Assembly: GCA_016867095.1 (NCBI GenBank)
Contig: VGKK01000002.1
Coordinates: forward strand, 1-38,128
From: Candidatus Omnitrophota bacterium
GTDB taxonomy: Bacteria > Omnitrophota > Gorgyraeia > Gygaellales > Profunditerraquicolaceae
DNA: 38,128 nt
Reading direction: 5' to 3'
Position numbers and translations under genes: made by a program. Of this stretch, positions 7,564 to 15,548 are shown piece by piece (within the stretch, counting starts at the first letter, position 1; the number at the start of each line of letters is the position of its first letter). The notes below the pieces were generated by a model. It had not been told where the DNA came from. It did no database searches and worked only from the letters and a program-made list of their open reading frames with translations.

Positions 7564-9669
7564 ATGAAATTGACGGATAATGAAATAAGAAACATTACAA
7601 AATATCTGGAATCGGGAAAACCGCTTCCTGATCAGTATCGTTTCCTGCTTTTTGAGGAAAAACGCGAGGTAGAGCTGGTTTGGAACGGCAAGACCAGTGA
7701 AGTCTGCAACGCGATATTGCCGTTCCAGGTGATTGAGCAGGTTGATGAGCCGCGCAAGGAGAAAACGCAGGCCGAGTGGCAGGGGACGTTATTTGACACA
7801 AGCGGACGCCAGATCAAGGGTTGGACAAATAAGCTTATCTGGGGTGATAACAAATTGATCTTGAGCAGTCTTAAGAACGGGCCTCTGCACGATGAGATAG
7901 AAAAAGATGGCGGAATAAAGTTGATCTATATTGATCCGCCGTTTGACGTCGGCACAGATTTTTCCATGAATATTGAAATCGGCGATGAGCAATTTACCAA
8001 AGCGCCATCAGTGTTGGAAGAGATCGCATATCGGGATACCTGGGGAAAGGGCGCGGATAGTTTTATCGCCATGATTTATGAGCGGCTAACGCTGATGCGG
8101 GATTTATTGGCGCAAGATGGAAGTATTTATGTGCATTGCGATTATAGAGTTGATTCTTATATTCGGTGTATTCTAGATGAACTATTTGGTAAGCCAAATT
8201 TAAGAAATGAAATTATTTGGTGTTATACGGCTCCGTCAAATGTGTCCGGAAATTATCCGCGTAAACACGACGTTATTTATTTCTATTCGAAAAGCTCTAA
8301 GGTTACTTTAAATTTAGATGACATTAGAATTCCTTATTCTGCAGAAAGTCTTAGTCGTGCAAATCGGAATGTGATTAAGAAAGGCGGAACAATATTTGAT
8401 GACGTTAAATTAAATGATAAAGGGAAGGTGCCAGAAGATTGGTGGGCAGATGTTAATCCGGCATCTCGTTATCCGACAGAACATTTAGGTTATGATACCC
8501 AGAAATCCGAAAAACTTCTAGAACGGATTATTAAAGCTTCTTCAAACGAAGGAGATATTGTAGCCGATTTCTTTTGCGGCTCCGGGACAACTATGGCAGT
8601 GGCCGAGAAGTTAGGGCGAAAATGGATCGGCGCTGACCTTGGCAAGTTTGCCATTCATACGACGCGCAAGCGGATGATTTCGGTTCAGCGCGAGCTTAAA
8701 GAAGCAGGCAAGGATTACCGCGCGTTTGAGATCTTAAACCTCGGGAAATATGAACGCCAGCATTATATCGGCGTAAACCCGAATTTGCGGGACAAGGAAA
8801 AAGAGAAACAACTTGCCAAGCGTGAGAAGGAGTTCCTTGAGCTTATTCTTCGGGCTTACCGTGCTGAGAAAGCTGAAGGATTCAAAACGCTGCACGGAAA
8901 GAAATCCGGCCGAATGGTTGCGGTCGGGCCGATCAATTTACCGGTAACGAAAGATTTTGTTGATGCTGTTATAAACGAATGCATAGAAAAGAAGATTACA
9001 AAAGCAGATATACTGGCTTTTGAATTCGCGATGAGTGTTATTTCTACCGAGAAGACCAGAGAAAATAGGGTAATTCAAGAAGAAGCCAAGTCAAAAGGTA
9101 TTGACCTTGCCCTGAAGTATATCCCCCGGGATGTCTTTGACAAGCGCGCAGTGGAGAAGAGCCAGGTTGTTTTTCACGATGTGTCTTATATTGAGGTTAA
9201 GCCGATCGTTCAAAAGAAAGGCGCGGCCGTTGAGCTGGTAGATTTCAGCGTTTATTACAATCAGGATACCATCGCTAATGTTGAGGCATCGCTTAAGAAC
9301 GGCGGGACCAAGATTTATGTTGAGAACGGCAAGATCATCAAAGTTACCAAAGATGAGAAGGGAATTATAAAGCGAGAAGCCTTGACTAAGAAATGGACGG
9401 ACTGGATTGATTACTGGGCAATTGATTTTGATTTTGAAAGCAAAAAAGAAATTGTCCGGGTCAAGAAAGATAACGGCTCGGTTGAAGAAGCCTGGACCGG
9501 CGACTATGTTTTTGAGAACGAATGGCAGTCTTTCCGCACCAAGAAAGACCGGACAATCGAGCTCAAAAGCGCATTCCATGAATGCCCCAAAGGCCGCCGC
9601 AAAATCGCGGTTAAAGTGGTGGATATATTCGGGAATGATACAATGAAAGTGATTGAGGTCAATATATAG
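7564..9669 (+). CDS. mod: Type III restriction-modification DNA methyltransferase (Mod, beta-class N6A/N4C)
   Basis: 701 aa. Motif IV IYIDPPFDVG lies upstream of motif I FFCGSGTTMAVAEKLGRKWIGADL (order IV-TRD-I). The N-terminus is LLFEEKREVELVWNGK...LPFQVIE. The gene sits in an operon with a res helicase-nuclease. Confidence 0.9.
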   Translation: MKLTDNEIRNITKYLESGKPLPDQYRFLLFEEKREVELVWNGKTSEVCNAILPFQVIEQVDEPRKEKTQAEWQGTLFDTSGRQIKGWTNKLIWGDNKLILSSLKNGPLHDEIEKDGGIKLIYIDPPFDVGTDFSMNIEIGDEQFTKAPSVLEEIAYRDTWGKGADSFIAMIYERLTLMRDLLAQDGSIYVHCDYRVDSYIRCILDELFGKPNLRNEIIWCYTAPSNVSGNYPRKHDVIYFYSKSSKVTLNLDDIRIPYSAESLSRANRNVIKKGGTIFDDVKLNDKGKVPEDWWADVNPASRYPTEHLGYDTQKSEKLLERIIKASSNEGDIVADFFCGSGTTMAVAEKLGRKWIGADLGKFAIHTTRKRMISVQRELKEAGKDYRAFEILNLGKYERQHYIGVNPNLRDKEKEKQLAKREKEFLELILRAYRAEKAEGFKTLHGKKSGRMVAVGPINLPVTKDFVDAVINECIEKKITKADILAFEFAMSVISTEKTRENRVIQEEAKSKGIDLALKYIPRDVFDKRAVEKSQVVFHDVSYIEVKPIVQKKGAAVELVDFSVYYNQDTIANVEASLKNGGTKIYVENGKIIKVTKDEKGIIKREALTKKWTDWIDYWAIDFDFESKKEIVRVKKDNGSVEEAWTGDYVFENEWQSFRTKKDRTIELKSAFHECPKGRRKIAVKVVDIFGNDTMKVIEVNI

Positions 9670-9673
9670 TTTT

Positions 9674-9727
9674 TCTATAGGGAATATATGAGAAAATCGC
9701 CGCATCTATAGAAAATATATGAAAAAT
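9674..9727. repeat. Two ~23-bp direct repeats in the mod-ATPase spacer
   Basis: tctatagggaatatatgagaaaat (9674-9697) and tctatagaaaatatatgaaaaat (9705-9727). They end 12 nt before the ATG at 9740. Confidence 0.7.
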
Positions 9728-9739
9728 AGGGGGTGATAT

Positions 9740-11254
9740 ATGAAAAAGAGTTCTTATGGAAAAAATTTGTTCGGACTTCATTTGAGCCAGGAATTGGAAG
9801 ATTTCCTTAGAGATACAAACCCTTGGTGGAGTGGTAAACCTATGCGGCGGCTTCCGGAATTCCGCCGCTGGCTATTTGATCACACTTTACAACGCTTAAA
9901 AACAGGGCTTGCCCCTGTGATCGTTTTGCGCGGCCCGCGTCAGGTGGGCAAGACAACATTACAAGAGCAGATCATTCTTCATTTATTAAGCCAAGAAAAT
10001 GTTGATCCTAAAAATATTTTTCGCGTTCAATTTGACGAGATCCCTTCCCTGAAAGGATTAAAAGACCCTATTTTAAGCATATGCCGCTGGTATCAGGAAA
10101 GGATTTTAGGAGAAACATTTAATGAATCAATAAATAAAAACCGGCCGGTCTATATTTTTTTTGATGAAGTGCAGAATTTGACGGATTGGTCTCCTCAGAT
10201 TAAATCGTTAGTCGATCTGCATTCCGTAAGAATTCTTTTAACCGGGAGCTCGGCGCTGCGAATCGAACAGGGGCGGGACAGCCTTGCAGGCAGGATCACA
10301 ACTTTAGAGCTTGGAACGCTTCTGTTAAGGGAAATCGCGGAATTGCAAAATTTCGAGAAAATTGTCCCTATGATTGTGTTAAATGGATTAAAGGAATTGA
10401 CACAGAAAGATTTTTGGGCGGATGTTCGGACAAACGGCGAGAAATACAAAGAAGTGCGTGATAAAGCATTCAATCTATTTTCTGAACGGGGAGGTTACCC
10501 GGTTGCCCAAGTGCGGATAGACAGGCCATGGGGAGAAGTTTCCGATCAGCTCAATGAAACAGTTATAAAACGCGTTATTCAACATGATTTGAGGATCGGG
10601 GAGCGGGGAAGGAAGCGGGACCAGGATTTACTAGAAGAGCTTTTTCGTTTATGCTGCAGGTATATCGGTCAAGCTCCCGCACAGGCCATGTTTATTACAG
10701 AACTGCGCAAGCCTTTATCCGCTAACGTGGGCTGGAACAGGGTCTTGGCCTATTTAAGATTTCTCAATAATACGCTGTTGATTAGATTGATAGATCCGCT
10801 TGAAATTAGAATTAAAAAAAGGAAAGGCCGCCCGAAAATTTGTCTTTGTGACCATGCATTGCGCGCAAGCTGGCTGCAGGAGTTAATCCCGTTTTCTCCG
10901 CAAGGATTAGCTTCTGCCCCGCATTTAAGCGATCTGGCCGGGCATATTGCGGAAAGCGTGCTTGGATATTTTTTGGCAGGCATTCCCAATCTTGACGTGG
11001 CTTGGTTTCCAGAGCGCGCCGATGAGCCCGAAGTCGATTATGTCGTTTCTGTCGGAGAATTTAGGATTCCTATTGAAGTGAAATACCGAAGACACATTGA
11101 TTCTCATAGGGATACCATAGGACTGCGCTCATTTATAGAAAAAACTGTTTATAATGCTCCTTTCGGCATATTGGTCACTTTAAATGACGATACGATTATC
11201 GATGATCCAAGAATTGTCACCGTGCCTTTGTCGTCATTTTTGCTTCTTCGGTAA
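9740..11254 (+). CDS. AAA+ ATPase of the COG1373 type (AAA_14 plus a DUF4143-like C-terminal PD-(D/E)xK-like domain), embedded between mod and res
   Basis: 504 aa with an NPWW motif, Walker A GPRQVGKTT, Walker B IFFDEVQN, and a C-terminal EVDYVV...IPIEVK (D...ExK) pattern. Confidence 0.8.
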   Translation: MKKSSYGKNLFGLHLSQELEDFLRDTNPWWSGKPMRRLPEFRRWLFDHTLQRLKTGLAPVIVLRGPRQVGKTTLQEQIILHLLSQENVDPKNIFRVQFDEIPSLKGLKDPILSICRWYQERILGETFNESINKNRPVYIFFDEVQNLTDWSPQIKSLVDLHSVRILLTGSSALRIEQGRDSLAGRITTLELGTLLLREIAELQNFEKIVPMIVLNGLKELTQKDFWADVRTNGEKYKEVRDKAFNLFSERGGYPVAQVRIDRPWGEVSDQLNETVIKRVIQHDLRIGERGRKRDQDLLEELFRLCCRYIGQAPAQAMFITELRKPLSANVGWNRVLAYLRFLNNTLLIRLIDPLEIRIKKRKGRPKICLCDHALRASWLQELIPFSPQGLASAPHLSDLAGHIAESVLGYFLAGIPNLDVAWFPERADEPEVDYVVSVGEFRIPIEVKYRRHIDSHRDTIGLRSFIEKTVYNAPFGILVTLNDDTIIDDPRIVTVPLSSFLLLR

Positions 11255-11263
11255 AAACAGTTT

Positions 11264-13939
11264 ATGGCCATACATCCAAAATTACCTAAGTCACCTTACG
11301 AAATAATTAAACCTGAATTACGCTGGTTCCCGGCTGATGAGATGCTGCGGGAAAAGGGCTACGATAAGCTTCTGCCGCCTTTAGTCGCTAAACTACGCAA
11401 GCTGGTTGAGGCATGGCGAAACTCTGGTTATGACGGCGCAAGCGCCACGAGCAAGGCGCTTCTCAATTGGTGGTTTAAGACCGACCACCCCAAGTATAAC
11501 GCGGATGGCGAAGAGTATCTTTTTCAATATTATTTTGCTCAACGAGAATCGGTGGAAACGATTATTTATCTTTATGAAGTCGCCAGGATCGAAGATAAAT
11601 ATGACCTCCTGCGGTTTGACAGCTCCGGGATCTTGACGCCGGGAATGTTTGCGGAAGACTGGCGCCGGTTTGTGATCAAAATGGCCACGGGCAGCGGAAA
11701 AACAAAGGTCCTTAGCCTTGTTTTAGCCTGGAGCTATTTCCATAAAATGTATGAGACCGATTCTATGTTAGCGAGGAATTTTCTTGTTATTACACCCAAT
11801 ATTATCGTGTTAGACCGTATCAAAGCGGATTTTGACGGTTTGAAGATATTCTTTGATGATCCCGTGGTGCCGGAGAATGGTTATGCCGGGCAGAACTGGA
11901 AAGATGATTTTCAGGTTACGCTCCATATTCAGGACGAGATCGGAACCATTGGAAAAACAGGCAATATTTTTCTTTCTAATATCCACCGTGTTTATGAGAG
12001 CGGCGATGTTACGCCCTCTTTTGATGATGTGGATACGTCGGATTACTTTCTCGGTAAAAAACCGGTCGGCGCGACAAATGAATCAAAGATCGATCTTTCC
12101 GAGATCGTGCGAAATGTTGATGAGCTGGTTGTATTAAATGACGAAGCGCACCATATTCACGATGAAAAACTCGCCTGGTTTAAATCTATAGAGGATATTC
12201 ATAACCGCCTAAAGATGAAAGGTTCTGAGCTGTCGCTCCAGGTGGATGTAACCGCCACACCGCGGCACAATAACGGCGGTATATTTGTCCAGACGGTTTC
12301 CGATTACCCGCTTGTTGAAGCGATCCATCAGGATGTTGTGAAACACCCTCTTGTTCCGGATTCGGCCAGCCGGGCTAAGCTGGTTGAAAAGAAGAGCTCA
12401 AAATATACCGAGAAATATGAGGATTATATTCATCTTGGTTACCTTGAATGGAAAAAAGTCCATGAAGAGCATTCAAAACTTGGCAAGAAAGCCGTCCTAT
12501 TTATTATGACCGATGATACGCGTAATTGTGATGAGGTCGCGGCATACCTGGAGGGAAGATACCCGGAATTTAAAGAGGCGGTTTTGATTATTCATACCAA
12601 AAATAACGGCGATATCGCAGAGAGCGTAACCGGTAAAAAGAAAGAAGAACTGGATGTTTTGCGCGAAGCGGCCAATAAAATCGACCGGCCGGATAATCCG
12701 TATAAGGTTATAGTTTCGGTTCTAATGCTGAAAGAAGGCTGGGATGTCCGCAATGTAACGACAATTGTCGGGCTTCGGCCTTATTCGTCGGCAAGCAATA
12801 TTTTGCCTGAGCAGACCATGGGGCGGGGTTTGCGCCGGATGTATCGCGACGCAAATCTTCAGGAAATGGTCAGCGTTGTCGGGACGGATGCTTTTATGGA
12901 TTTTGTAGAATCGGTAAAAAGTGAAGGCGTTGAACTTGAACATCGCAAAATGGGCGAAGGAAGTGCCCCTAAGGCGCCGCTTGTTGTTGAGGTCGATAAA
13001 GAAAATTTGAAGAAAGATATTGAGAAGCTCGATATTCAAATTCCTGTATTAACCGCTCGTATTTATCGCGAATATAAGAATCTTTCTATTCTCAACGTGA
13101 GCGATTTTGGCCATGCAAAGGTTAAAGTCCGGCAATTTTCCGAAGAAGAAAAACGCGAGATCGTTTTTAAAGATATCGCATCCGATGAAATATCTCATAA
13201 AACCGAGCTGGATTCTGATTTTACAGCGAATTATCAAAGTGTGGTCGGATATTTTACTCAGGTCATTATGAAAGACCTGAGGTTGGTGGGCGGGTATGAT
13301 ATCCTCTATGGCAAGGTAAAAGAATTTATCCAGAATTATCTCTTTGAGAATGTCGTAAATTTAGAAGATCTGAACATTCTTAGGAATTTGTCCGAGCTCG
13401 AAGCCACCAAAACCATAATCGAAACTTTTAAGCGAAAGATTAACGATCTTACCGTTCTGGACAAGGGGGAAGCAGAGATCAAGGATTACATAAAAATAAG
13501 CCAATGCCGCCCCTTTGTAGTTAAAGAGCAGGGTTATCTTATGCCTCAAAAGAGCGCGTTTAATAAGATAGTGGGGGACAGCCATTTTGAACTTGAGGTA
13601 GCAGCTTTCTTGGAGAAATGCGATGATATTATTTCATATGCGAAAAATTATTTTTCTGTCCACTTCAAGATAGATTACCGTGATGCCGATGGTGAGATAA
13701 AAGATTATTATCCGGACTTCTTCGTAAAATTCTCGCAGAATGATCTCTATATTGTTGAAACAAAGGGCCGTGAAGACCTAGGTGATCCTCTTAAAATCGC
13801 CCGCCTCAAACAATGGTGCGAAGACGTGAATAGAGCGCAAAGCGATGTAAAATGCCGCTGTCTTTATATCAAACAAGAGCAGTTTGATAAATATAAGCCG
13901 CAAAATTTCTCGGAAGTAATAAAGAATTTCGCGCCATAA
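11264..13939 (+). CDS. res: Type III restriction enzyme Res subunit (SF2 helicase plus C-terminal PD-(D/E)xK nuclease)
   Basis: 891 aa with Walker A MATGSGKT, a DEAH box (LNDEAHHI), and helicase motifs LKEGWDV and QTMGRGLR. The C-terminus has YYPDFFV...YIVETKG. It starts 9 nt after the ATPase gene. Confidence 0.9.
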   Translation: MAIHPKLPKSPYEIIKPELRWFPADEMLREKGYDKLLPPLVAKLRKLVEAWRNSGYDGASATSKALLNWWFKTDHPKYNADGEEYLFQYYFAQRESVETIIYLYEVARIEDKYDLLRFDSSGILTPGMFAEDWRRFVIKMATGSGKTKVLSLVLAWSYFHKMYETDSMLARNFLVITPNIIVLDRIKADFDGLKIFFDDPVVPENGYAGQNWKDDFQVTLHIQDEIGTIGKTGNIFLSNIHRVYESGDVTPSFDDVDTSDYFLGKKPVGATNESKIDLSEIVRNVDELVVLNDEAHHIHDEKLAWFKSIEDIHNRLKMKGSELSLQVDVTATPRHNNGGIFVQTVSDYPLVEAIHQDVVKHPLVPDSASRAKLVEKKSSKYTEKYEDYIHLGYLEWKKVHEEHSKLGKKAVLFIMTDDTRNCDEVAAYLEGRYPEFKEAVLIIHTKNNGDIAESVTGKKKEELDVLREAANKIDRPDNPYKVIVSVLMLKEGWDVRNVTTIVGLRPYSSASNILPEQTMGRGLRRMYRDANLQEMVSVVGTDAFMDFVESVKSEGVELEHRKMGEGSAPKAPLVVEVDKENLKKDIEKLDIQIPVLTARIYREYKNLSILNVSDFGHAKVKVRQFSEEEKREIVFKDIASDEISHKTELDSDFTANYQSVVGYFTQVIMKDLRLVGGYDILYGKVKEFIQNYLFENVVNLEDLNILRNLSELEATKTIIETFKRKINDLTVLDKGEAEIKDYIKISQCRPFVVKEQGYLMPQKSAFNKIVGDSHFELEVAAFLEKCDDIISYAKNYFSVHFKIDYRDADGEIKDYYPDFFVKFSQNDLYIVETKGREDLGDPLKIARLKQWCEDVNRAQSDVKCRCLYIKQEQFDKYKPQNFSEVIKNFAP

Positions 13940-14031
13940 CAGACAAGCCCTAACCCGCATTGTCAAGGTGCCTTTTTTAGGGTGCCTTTTTAGTTTTAGA
14001 AAACTAGGTACATTTTAATGAAAGAAATACT

Positions 14032-15483
14032 ATGCAAAATATAAATTTAACCGATACTATTGCCGCTGTGGCCACCGCCGTCGGAGAATCCGGCATCGGG
14101 ATCGTGCGGATAAGCGGCAAGGACGCCTTAAGGGTAGCGGATAAGATTTTTCTTTCTAAGGACGGCAAGAGGGCTTCTACTTTTAAGGCTTATACCACGC
14201 ATTATGGATGGATTGTTAGTCGGTTATCCGGTAAGCCGGTAAGCCGGTTAGCCAGTTTAAGCCGGCACACCGGCACACCGGCACACCGGCACACCGAAAT
14301 AATTGATGAAGTTCTCTTGACGGTGATGCGCGGCCCAAAAAGTTATACCAAAGAAGACGTTGTGGAAATCAACTGCCACGGAGGCATTGTGGCTTTGCGG
14401 GCGGCCTTGGATTTAGTTTTGGAAAACGGCTGCCGCCTGGCTGAGCCGGGTGAATTTACCAGGCGCGCCTTCTTAAACGGCAGAATTGACCTGGCGCAGG
14501 CCGAGGCAGTCCTGGATATTATTCGCGCCAGGACTGATTCAGCGTTAAAAATAAGCGCGGAGCAGTTAAGGGGAGGTGTATCTAAGCAGATTAATAAAAT
14601 GAGGAACCGCCTCTTGGAATTAGCTTCGCACTTAGAGGCAGATATTGATTTTCCCGGCGAGGAGCTTGATGCTGCCGGGCCTCAGCAGATTAGGGAAGGT
14701 TTGCAAGAAGTAGGCCGCCAATGCCGGGATATCCTGGAGGGGGCCAGGCGCGGCCGGATATTCCGCGAGGGCATACAGGTAGTAATCTGCGGCAAGCCCA
14801 ATGTAGGAAAATCCTCGCTGTTAAACGCGCTTTTAAAACAGGAGCGCTCTATCGTTACGCCGGTAGCCGGAACTACCCGCGATACCATTGAGGAGGTTAT
14901 TGATATTAAGGGTATCCCGGTCAGGATTGTGGATACCGCCGGGATCATTGAGCCCAGGGATTTGGTGGAAAAAAAGGCGGTCTTGCGGTCCAAAAGATAC
15001 ATAGGTTTAGCCGACCTGGTAATCCTTCTATTGGATGGGAGTAGGCCACTGGCCAAAGACGATGAAGCCCTGGCCAGAAAATTAAAAAAGAAGGCCATTA
15101 TCGCCGTGGTCAATAAAATAGACTTAAAACAAAAGATTGATAAAGGCAAAATTTTAAAAAGATTCCCGAGCGTAGTGGGAATTTCAGCCAAAAAACTAAA
15201 AAACATTGATTTATTGGAGCAGGCAATCGCTAATTTAGTCTATGCCGGAGGGCTCAGGACCCCCGAATCGGCATTAGTCAGCAACCTGCGCCATATTGAG
15301 GCGGTCAGGCACGCAGAAAAATTTATTGCGCAAGCCCTAAATTCATTAGATAATGAATTATCTTTAGAATTCATCGCCCAGGAGATAAGGGAAGCCCTGG
15401 GTTATTTGGATGAGATATTGGGCAGGAGGTTTTCGGAAGAACTGCTGGATAAAATCTTCAGCGAGTTTTGCGTAGGCAAATAG
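14032..15483 (+). CDS. mnmE: tRNA modification GTPase MnmE (TrmE)
   Basis: 483 aa. The N-terminus is [22 protein letters not shown], followed by [24 protein letters not shown]. The G domain has [13 protein letters not shown] and NKID. The terminal CVGK matches the MnmE C(I/V)GK motif. Confidence 0.95.
   Translation: MQNINLTDTIAAVATAVGESGIGIVRISGKDALRVADKIFLSKDGKRASTFKAYTTHYGWIVSRLSGKPVSRLASLSRHTGTPAHRHTEIIDEVLLTVMRGPKSYTKEDVVEINCHGGIVALRAALDLVLENGCRLAEPGEFTRRAFLNGRIDLAQAEAVLDIIRARTDSALKISAEQLRGGVSKQINKMRNRLLELASHLEADIDFPGEELDAAGPQQIREGLQEVGRQCRDILEGARRGRIFREGIQVVICGKPNVGKSSLLNALLKQERSIVTPVAGTTRDTIEEVIDIKGIPVRIVDTAGIIEPRDLVEKKAVLRSKRYIGLADLVILLLDGSRPLAKDDEALARKLKKKAIIAVVNKIDLKQKIDKGKILKRFPSVVGISAKKLKNIDLLEQAIANLVYAGGLRTPESALVSNLRHIEAVRHAEKFIAQALNSLDNELSLEFIAQEIREALGYLDEILGRRFSEELLDKIFSEFCVGK
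14221..14296 (+). repeat. Two adjacent 8-bp tandem arrays inside the mnmE reading frame
   Basis: cggttatc cggtaagc cggtaagc cggttagc (14221-14252), a 10-nt linker, then cggcacac x4 (14263-14294). The translation is [25 protein letters not shown]. Confidence 0.9.
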
Positions 15484-15492
15484 ATCTATCAG

Positions 15493-15534
15493 CTCAAGAC
15501 CCGGTCTTGAGACGGTTGGCAAGACCGGGTCTTG
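15493..15534. repeat. Twin short palindromes in the mnmE-folE spacer
   Basis: ctcaagac-ccg-gtcttgag (15493-15511) and caagac-cgg-gtcttg (15520-15534). No T-tract follows either one. Confidence 0.6.
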
Positions 15535-15548
15535 GAGGTAGGGAGGGA

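Noticed and set aside
13967-13993. ggtgccttttttag / ggtgcctttttag downstream of res as a rho-independent terminator
   Set aside because: The two units are direct rather than inverted repeats, so no stem can form. They are kept only as a note under the palindrome-family finding.
15468-15548. Track start of the folE ORF at 15468, overlapping mnmE
   Set aside because: The extra 27 codons cover the twin palindromes and have no FolE counterpart. The ATG at 15549 has a strong RBS and yields the canonical FolE N-terminus.
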